DNA from: the human T2T-CHM13v2.0 reference genome, Homo sapiens
Strand: one strand, 5' to 3'
Assembly (NCBI RefSeq): GCF_009914755.1
Contig: NC_060925.1
Length of the DNA stretch: 64,000 nucleotides
Below the pieces are notes generated by a model, which was not told where the DNA came from, made no database searches, and saw only the letters and a list, made by a program, of their open reading frames with translations. Both the position numbers and the translations under genes were made by a program. Shown piece after piece: positions 54,771 to 64,000 of this stretch (position 1 is its first letter; each line of letters starts with the position of its first letter).

Positions 54771-56659
54771 TCTTTGACTACATCCTATGTCAGCAGCCTT
54801 CCTGGGTTGGGTTTGCTCTTGCCTTGGTCTCTGACTTTCAGGGCTAATGAGCAGGAGTAGACTAACCTCCATGTGATGGCTTGCTCCAGCAGCCCATGAA
54901 TTGAGCAGACTCTCTCTTCAAACACATTGAAAATGATTTTTGCCTGCCATTGATTTTATTAAAATTGGATGTCACTCCTGCCTTCTAGCTTTTCCAGTTC
55001 AGTTCAGACCAAATTTCATAGTCAAACAAACAAATGAACAGAAAAATCTTCTGCAACTAACTTTAGGTTTACAACCCATCCCATCCTCTTTCAACACTCA
55101 TTATTGCCTTTTTTTCTCTTCTTGTTGCTCCAAAGAGCACTGGTGACAAATGTGGCTGTTTGTAGTTAATTCCATCCTCTTCTTGACTGTTTTTGCCCAA
55201 TCAGGACTGAAGTTTACCTTGGTTGCCAGGGGGAATCATGCTATTAATTATCTATTCACCTATCTTTGAAGCTCACCACCAGTGTGAAAATTACTTCGCA
55301 TTAAATTATAAGGAGGCACTCATTAACTTGATTATGCTGGAAGAAACAGTTCTAATAAAGAAACTTTTCCCCCTCTTGAATATTTTAGACATATTTTGTA
55401 GGGTAGAATTAATTTTTAAAGAAAATTACATAGTGTTTTTCTTACAAGCAAAAGTAGATTGAAGGGAGAGCAGGGAGGGCTGGGAAGAAGAGGAGAGAGG
55501 AGGGGCAGAGAGACTACATGAGCACAGAGAAAGACAGAGATAAATAGAGAAAGGAGATGACAGAGACAGAGAGTAGTCACAGATTATTTCCTATTGGAGT
55601 TGTCTTTGCTGGTTGCTGTCATTTTGGAGATAGTCTATGGAACAGATCATCAAAGCCACTTTTTTACACTTTATAAAGTACACCAAGACTCTGTGACAAC
55701 TGCAGATTAAAGAAGTAGTACCAGTACCAACTGTTGGTCTTATGGTTTTTCTCTCCTAGTTTCAAAGCTCACAAAGGCTGCCATGACTCAAAACTTTCTA
55801 CCCAACATATGATATGTCTTGCAGCCATTAACCAGGGTCATAACTCAGTAAGAGCTGACATATCATCTACCACTCCTGCCCCCACAACTTGCGATTTTTT
55901 CTAATTCCCTTTCCTGCCAAGCTCCAAGAATTCCAAAGTTTTTTAACCTCACACTGATGAAGACCACATTGAAGTGGTTAGCATAAATGTACTTCTATGG
56001 AAAAATAGGGTGGGGCAGAGGATATGCCAGCCCTGCAATTTCCCAGAGAAACAACCATATACTTGTTGTAGTGCCGGTTCAGAACCATGGACAGTGACAG
56101 ACAACACACCTCCCCCTGCCCCCCTCCCCCAACCCTCACCCGCAAACCCCTCGCCAAAAAATAAAATCAATGAAGCCTTGCTTTACTAGAGAGTTGGAGA
56201 ATCGAAACAGCCAATACTGCTGATTAATTATGGAGGAAGGGGATTGTAGGACATTCTCTATTCAAAATGTATTGAGAAGTTTATCTCCTGTGTCTGGTTG
56301 TGTTGACTGCACAGGAGTGCTTGCTCTGTACTGAGCCCAGGTTCATGCAGCTACTAATACTAGACTTTGGATTCTGATCCATGTCCATCTGACTACAAAA
56401 CCTCTGCTCTTAACCACAATATGGAGGTTCTATGTCTGAGCTGGAGCCTCTTAACATGAAGGAGTCAGCATCACTAAACTGGGGGGTCCCCATTGTGGAA
56501 ATTTCTCAGATTTTGACCTTGTCTCACCATATATTCTTGTGTGCTCTACACCAACCCTGAAAAATTATCTCACAGGAAGAAAAACGACTACACAAGAAGA
56601 ATTTAAAAGAAGCACATCATTTTAGAAGGAAAGAAAAAACTCCACCCAAAACACAGCTA

Positions 56660-56940
56660 TTTTTCACCTCTGCATATTATCTTGCAGCCCTTGTTGACAC
56701 ACTGACATATTTTCCATCATTGCAATCAAAGCAATTGTAGTATTTTCACTTAGTGTCTTATCATAAACCTTTCCCCAAGTTGCTATACAGTCTCTGTGAT
56801 GATCACTTTTAATGTCTGTATAATGTTCTAACAAATGGATACATCGTGATTTACTATACAACCCCCTAATTGTTGAACATTTAGGTTATTTCCAGTTTTT
56901 TTATTTCAGAGACTTGTGCTATGATGAGAATTTTTATGTG
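56660..56940 (-). mobile_element. Old LINE-1 fragment (L1ME-like)
   Basis: ttttcacttag...ttgttgaacatttaggttatttccagtttttt. Confidence 0.65.
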
Positions 56941-59900
56941 AAAACCACGTGGGGTGATTGAAAGAGCATGAGCTTTAGAGTCAGAAAGAAGAGAGCTAAA
57001 ACCACTCAACAGTGTAACTTGAGTGTGTTGAATGACTTCTCAGAGGTTTTGTCTTGGGGAGAAGGCCAGGGAAAGTGGACATTGCCAGAACAGAGGGGTA
57101 AGGGTGAGGCTAAATCAGGCAACCTACAGAGAGAGATGCAAAAGGCAGGTGGAGCTACTGATTACAAACTGTGACTTTACAACTTCGCCTCCTCAAGCCC
57201 AGAGCTGAACAAAAGCATTTTACCCAGAGGAAGGAAGGCACACAAAGGGGATGTTTCTCCTTTGGAAAAACTTTGGACCCAGGGCCTGAGATGGGCAATA
57301 TAAATAGGAGATCAGCTGCCAGAAGTCTTCTTCAATGAGGTATGATGAGAGTAGGAGGCAGAGAAACACCTCATCTCCATTCCTCTGGACTCAACACCCT
57401 GAGGCTTAAAACCCTGGAGTCACTTCTCTGCCCCAGACAACTTTCTCTGGGCTTGTTCTTCCTTCCTGAAAGCCCAGGGGCACATCCTGCTGCCTCCATC
57501 TTCTGGAGCTACCAGCAGTCCTATGAACACTGATCATAGCTAACAGTCAGGATTCAATATCCCCAGCTCCTCCTGCCCCTTTCTCCCCAAGGACAAGCCC
57601 ACAGGACCCTTTATGGTCATCTTTTATGCTGCTCCATGAGGGTAGATAAGCCTGAGAATTACCAGATTTCTAGAATCTTCCACGGTTTCAGTCATATCCT
57701 TCCTTCTGGCATCCTGATGAGAGGACTCCCTGGGCTCTTAGATGATCTCCATGCATTCTCTTTGACTCTTGCTTGATCTGGGCTGAGCCCAGGTTCATGT
57801 AGCTAATAATACTAGACCTTGGATTCTGATCCATGTCCATCTGACTGCAAGACCTATGTAAGCCTACATGTTCAGTTTGAAGATGCATCTAGAGAAGGCT
57901 GATAAGCAGATCAGAACCCATTGACCATCCGAGTGTTTCCAACTCCAGTGGGTAATTCTGTTCTTAGGAGACCTGCAGACGGAGCAATCCTTCATTAGTG
58001 TGGCTCCTTGTCCATACCTTCATGGTAAGGGAGATCTTCATCTGACCTACCTCCAAGCCGCCATGGGCAACTCTACTTGGGATGGAGGGGGTAGAGCATG
58101 GAGTGGAGAGAGAATGGGAGCCTAGGGCTGAGGCCACCCACCAGAGCCCTTCCAGGGAGCTGGCCATCCTCGAGGCACCCCACCCCAACCCACTCCCCTC
58201 CATGCAGCTCCAGAACACGACAGAATTATAGTCTGAGCTCTCATTGCCCTGGGGAGCAGGGAGGCCTTGTCAGGGGAAAGTTGCTGACCAGCCCCTTCTC
58301 CTTGGCTGTCAGGGCTAATCAACATCAGGGCAGTTAATGGGGAACACAAAACCTATTTAAAAGCTACATTTAACACTTGGCTGGTTCCATTACATTGTGC
58401 AATATCCAGGTGTCACACTTCCTCTCAAAGTGTCTGTCTCAATGCTTCCTTGAGCTGCTGGAGTTAGGAAGTCGCTGCCAAGAACCACCTGAGGAGGACT
58501 CCTCCACCCAACCTCACAGTGGTCTTCTCTGCAGGTTCCAGTGGTGAGAGGTTCCCCAACCCATGGAGCTGCCTGAGGAGGAAGATTCTGGAGCCAGGCA
58601 CAGCAGTGGACACTGAAGGCATCTGGCCTTTAGCCTCTCCTCCATGCATAGGAGGAGTTCTTGCTCCCTGCTATGGTGATTATGATGTTGCCTATTGGTG
58701 CCAACTCTATGCCCACTCACCCCCCAGAATCTGGACACCAATGGGCATGATCTGCTGGATTAAGACCTCAGTCTCTCCAACTATCCCTTCGAGTCCAAAT
58801 GAGCAGGGTGGCTTTCCATGGTTTCCTGACATGGGCACGTCCTATTCCTGCCCTGATCCTCTCACTGAGGATCTAACTGGGGACAGAAGATAAGCTGAGG
58901 ATTCCATTAGAATAAAGCCTAGAGCCTTCTCCTCCCATCCTGTTTACCTCCCACTCCACTCTGCCATCAATGCCAGCCTGGCCCACCCCACCCAGCAACA
59001 TTCAAGCATTTTATTTCCTTTAAGGCTAAGCCAAAAATGTCTTCACTTCCTTGCCACTGATCTGCCATGTACAGTGCCTAATCTGTCGGCATAGAACCCT
59101 TGCTGTGCTGAAGGGTAAATTCTTGGACTTTGAAGGAAGTCTCTACTGAGATTGCCAAAAGTGACTCTCTTTTTATTCATCTGGTAAATATTTTATGAGT
59201 ACCTACTGGACTGGGTCCTTGGCCTAAGTATACAGAGTGGGCAAAGCCTATAGTTTAGAGGTAGACACAGGCAGAAATCAAGTAATCACAGAAACACCTA
59301 TTGCACACTATGACAAGTGCTATGAAAGAAAAGCACAGGGGCCCCAGAAAGCAAATAACAGCTGTCTTGACCTGACCTGGGGGCCAGGGACATCTTCAAG
59401 GAAGCCCCTTGAGGGGGTGTCCATGTCTATCTTTTTTCCTAGTCCTTGCTGTGTCTGGCACACAGAAGCTTGTCTAGTAATGCTTTTGGAGTGACTAAGC
59501 AATGCTTCTCACATCTCCAGCACTGTCGTCATCACCTCTCCACCCTTTCAGCCACAATCATCCCATCTCTATAGCCAAGTCTAATCTTATTTAATGCAAA
59601 CAGGTGCCAGCCTTGTAGCAGAATCAGGTCTGGCCACCCTCCCTGCTCCCACATACATGGCATGGGCACCCTTTGGAAGAGCCTGAGAAGAAAGCTGTTG
59701 CCTCAAGATGAGCAAAGGATCCGCCTCCCTCCTACTCTGACACTTCCAGGCACTCTGCTCTCAACATGCATGGCCAGCTGATGTTTTTCTGCAGGAGACC
59801 TGGTGAATGTGTTGGCTCAGACAGGCAAGGGAGGCTCCTGCTGTGCAGGCTTCCCCCAGGGTTGGGTGCTGGCAAACCTGGATTTCCCAATAGTCTGCAG

Positions 59901-60837
59901 GTCCTCCAGGATCAGCCACTTCCAGAAAATAGAGCTGCTATTTCCCGTTCTTACATAAAGCAAGCCTGCCTATGCTAGGGAAATGAGGAATGCTTGTTTG
60001 CCTCCAGAGGTGCTAGAAATGTTCAGAGGTGCTATAGCCTTAGATTGTGTGGCTCTCAATAGTACAAGAGCCTGTCCTGTGAGGGCTTCTGGTGCCCACA
60101 TATCCAATCACACCCAGTGGCATCTGCAGGGGCTCCCCACACCACCTGCTCAATGGGAATCTGTCCATCTTGCATATGCCTGCGTCACAGTGTAAACAGA
60201 AGGCATGGCCTCTCCCTCTGCAGCCAGTCAGAGGCTGCCAGAGCTCCATCCACGTTAGCACACATCCCCAGTCAGGGTGGAAAAGCACAAAATGCACAGC
60301 ACTGTGGGCCAGGAGTTGCAGGGCCAAGTCCAGGCACCCTCAACTCACTGTGAGTTTAGAAGTGACCTCCCTTCTCTGAACCTCATTTCTCATGAAACAA
60401 GGGGTGAGGCTAAAGCAGTTGAGCCAGCCCCACTTCAACCAAACTAGCACCAATTTTATCTGCTTTGTATGTAGAGCTTCTGCAGAAAATTTTCACTTAG
60501 AAAAAAAAAAGTTAATCGCTAAATGGAGTAATCGTCCCTAATGCCCCTTCCAGCTCTGACATTTCATGATTTATGAGTAAATGAAACAATGTATATGAAA
60601 GGGGCTTGGGCCATGGTAGGGGTGCAATAAACAGACTTCATGATTACTGCTGTGCCTTACATGTATGATGAGAGCCCCTGATAAATGCTGAGCTGAAATC
60701 TGGATATAAGGCCTACACCATTTTCTGATCTTCAAGTCTGGGAACCACACTCAAAGAGGCTTGATGATTACATAGGTGGATACATGTAGAAAGAAAATGA
60801 GAGAGAACAGGGAGATAGGGGAAGGAGGGAGGCATAA

Positions 60838-61274
<437 letters not shown>

Positions 61275-62279
61275 TGAGGACTTTGCACTTCTCCCATCCT
61301 GTTTCCCAATGCCAACTCACTGCCCTCTGCTTACCTCCAGGATTTCCCTGGGTAGCCAAAGCCCAGGTCCCCTTTGCATAGAGGCCCTGCCGCAGCACAC
61401 AGGCTCGTGTGTTGATTGAGTGTGTGATGGGAACAAGGCAGACTTGGTCAGAGCAGCCACATTGAGGAAGGCTGGAGGAGGAGGTGGGACAGGATCCCTG
61501 GAGCAGAGAATAACAGCATCAGAGTTTGAAGAAGTGGGTCTGACAGGCTGCAGAGGGTGGAGCAGCGGGGAAGAGGTGGCAGGCAGGAGGCCTGGTGGAA
61601 GGCTGCTGGAGTCATTCAAGTGAGAAAACGAAGGCCTGGCGTAGGCCAATGTCAGAGGAAATGGACTGGAAGAATGAGCCCTGGAGTTCCAAAGCGGCAG
61701 CAGCAGCTGGCTTTGTTACTTAGATCGAAAACCTCGGAACCTCAGAGCGTAAAGAAATCTTCAAGATCTCCTAGTCCAGCTTCTCCCAAAACGCCTTCCC
61801 TGGAAAACTGGCCCCATAAGAGGCTCTATTAGCAAAGCGTCTAAGGTCAAGTTAGCTTTGTAAATGTGGTGTGCTGAAATCCTCCCAGTGCCAAAGCCCT
61901 CCCAGCTTAATAAAGGCTCACAGAGGTCCTGCTGTAAAAGGAGTTTCTACCTTTACATTGTTTGACTCGACTTTTATTTTCACCTCAGTCCTGCTTTTAA
62001 AAAATGTGGTTTCATGTTGCTTAATCCAACTTGGACCGTGGAACTTCCCTTGTTCCATTTACACCTTCTGGAGCATTAGGAAATTATTGATCCAGTCAAA
62101 TAGATCCCATGCACAGCACAATGGTGGAGGATTGAGAGGCTGAGCTGTCCCAGAGATGCTCACATCTGTGACTCAGGTGCCCCACCTCTGGGGATCGGCC
62201 TAAGAAAGGAGTGCTTAATGTGGAAATGGTGATGTGGATGACGATGTTACACGATTTAAAATAGTGAAAATAATAAAAT

Positions 62280-62520
62280 AGCTGGAAGTTTAACAAAAGG
62301 AAACGGCTCAGTAAACTCTGGCATCATTCCTTGATGGGTCTTTTTGCAAGATGATTATGAATATGATACAGTTACACAGAAGATCACTTAAGATTGAATA
62401 AATCACAAGAATGAATAAATCACAAGAATGGTTTCACTGTACTTTAAAAAATATACATATATTGGAAATATAAAGATAAGAAAACACATAGAAATTTGTT
62501 TTTGTTTTTCAGGGATTTTT
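62280..62520 (+). mobile_element. Old LINE-1 3' fragment (L1ME-like)
   Basis: aaacggctcagtaaactctggcat...aaatatacatat...gaaaacacat. Confidence 0.5.
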
Positions 62521-62895
62521 TTTTCCCCCAAGAAAGAATTTTCTCCAAATGGTGAAATTAAATTTGGTCATAGAAATAAACAGTCTCGCCTGAAATAGGT
62601 GGCAATTGGCTTGTATATCAGGCTTCTGTGAGTTTAGTCAATTTGAGTCAGTTTCCTGCATCTCATTCTCTGCAGGCATCTTGAATATGTGGACTTGTAG
62701 GGCTGAACCCTGGTATCTCTGTTGAAGTATGGCCCCTATTAAGACCCATCCAGAATAGCCAGTTCTTGCCATCGACTCTCATATCACATTCTCAACTTTA
62801 ACAGGGCAAACAGGTTTGGGAGAAGGAACAACTGGAGCATATAAAACGAGGGAACTTGACTCAGAACAGGCCCTTTGAGAGCTTTCTACATTGTT

Positions 62896-63066
62896 GTGTG
62901 GTTCTTGACCTTGCTACATATTGGACTCACCTGAAAAGCTTTTTAAAAAACACTGATATGGGGGGTGTTGGCCTCAGATATTCTGATTTAATTGGCCTGG
63001 GGTATGCTCTGAGTATTGCAGCTTTAAAAAGCCCACGTGATTCCAATGTGCGGCTGGGGCTGAAAA
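62896..63066. mobile_element. MER5-type hAT MITE
   Basis: gtggttcttgacctt...tcacctg...cagatattctgatttaattggcctgggg...gtgattccaatgtgc. Confidence 0.75.
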
Positions 63067-64000
63067 GGCAGATGTGAGCCATGGATGAACCCAGGCTGAG
63101 CTTGAAGAAACAGAGGAACTTGCCATTTCATAAGGGCTATGCTTGAAGTTGGCACTCAATGCTGTGGGACACAGAGGGGGTGCCTCGCAGGGTCTGGGGT
63201 CAAATAGCCTGGGAGGCCTGTCAGATGAGGGGCACAAGGGCAGGCCTTGTAGGATGCTGCAGAGTTCCCTCAGAGGGGCTCACGGGTCAAGCAATCGGCA
63301 GGTCCCCAGCAGTGAGACTCCCAGGCTCCCCGGCAGTTCTGGTTTGGGAGAAATCACACTGCCCCTTAAGCCTCCAGGGCCCCTGCTTTTCAAATGAAGA
63401 CATTGCCACGTGCCAAGTGGATGGCTTGTAGGGCTAAATGACTTAATATTTTTGGAGTAGAAGGAACAAAACCGCAACAAGACACTGTTGTTTTCCCCAT
63501 CATAATTGATGGGGCTCTGTCTTTTCTACCGTTAAAGCACAAGCTGCAGCTATTTTTCTTTTTTTAACCAAACACCACTGAATACAAAACATTGATTTTT
63601 TTTAAACTGGGTTTCAAACTGAGAAATGTCTTGATCCCAGAAGTCAATCACCTGGGAAGTCATAGTAACTTCCACTGGCACCACTGTACAGCTGACAAGG
63701 AGCTCTGTGCCAGCGGGGCTGATGTCCCACTCAGAGCAGCTACCTTCCCCTTCCTCCCCAGGCCACATCACCAGGCAGACAGGGGACTCACAGCCTCCCC
63801 TCTCCTGGCTTCTGCCCCACCCCCAACCCAGCAGTGACGGTCTCAAGGAGAGGGACCTTCCAGATCTTTCAAAAGGGCCCCTGAGGACCATCCTCTGTCT
63901 TGTTTGGCTCCCTCAGACCCTCCTCTGTGAGGGTCCGAGGAGATTTTTCACTGCCCTTCCAGCCACTCCCATGCCCTGAGCACATCCTGTCCCAGGCAGG

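Overview
This is primate (human-like) nuclear genomic DNA, intergenic or deep-intronic: Alu, MIR, L2, L1M, L3, MaLR/ERVL LTRs and MER DNA transposons are present, CpG is depleted, and there is no CpG island. I can support no protein-coding exon, RNA gene or CRISPR array. The listed ORFs are chance frames, low-complexity or tandem-repeat frames, or Alu/L1 remnants; one is a recognisable L1 ORF2p C-terminus. I did not find a new multi-gene system. The structures most worth following up are: (1) an AluSc with a 5' inversion of twin-priming geometry inside a 14-bp TSD (61008-61236); (2) a young CpG-rich 31-bp VNTR whose unit carries a near-ACTACAnnTCCCA (ZNF143/THAP11-type) motif plus a GC box (40141-40414); (3) two Alus separated by three copies of one target site (23000-23461); (4) three local non-tandem duplications; (5) a ~750-bp polypurine tract; (6) an L1M>THE1D>Alu nest; (7) several repeat-free AT-rich blocks dense in POU/homeodomain/TCF motifs that look like developmental enhancers; and (8) a candidate 17-nt microexon. 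Repeat family names come from recalled consensus sequences, and boundaries of old repeats are approximate.
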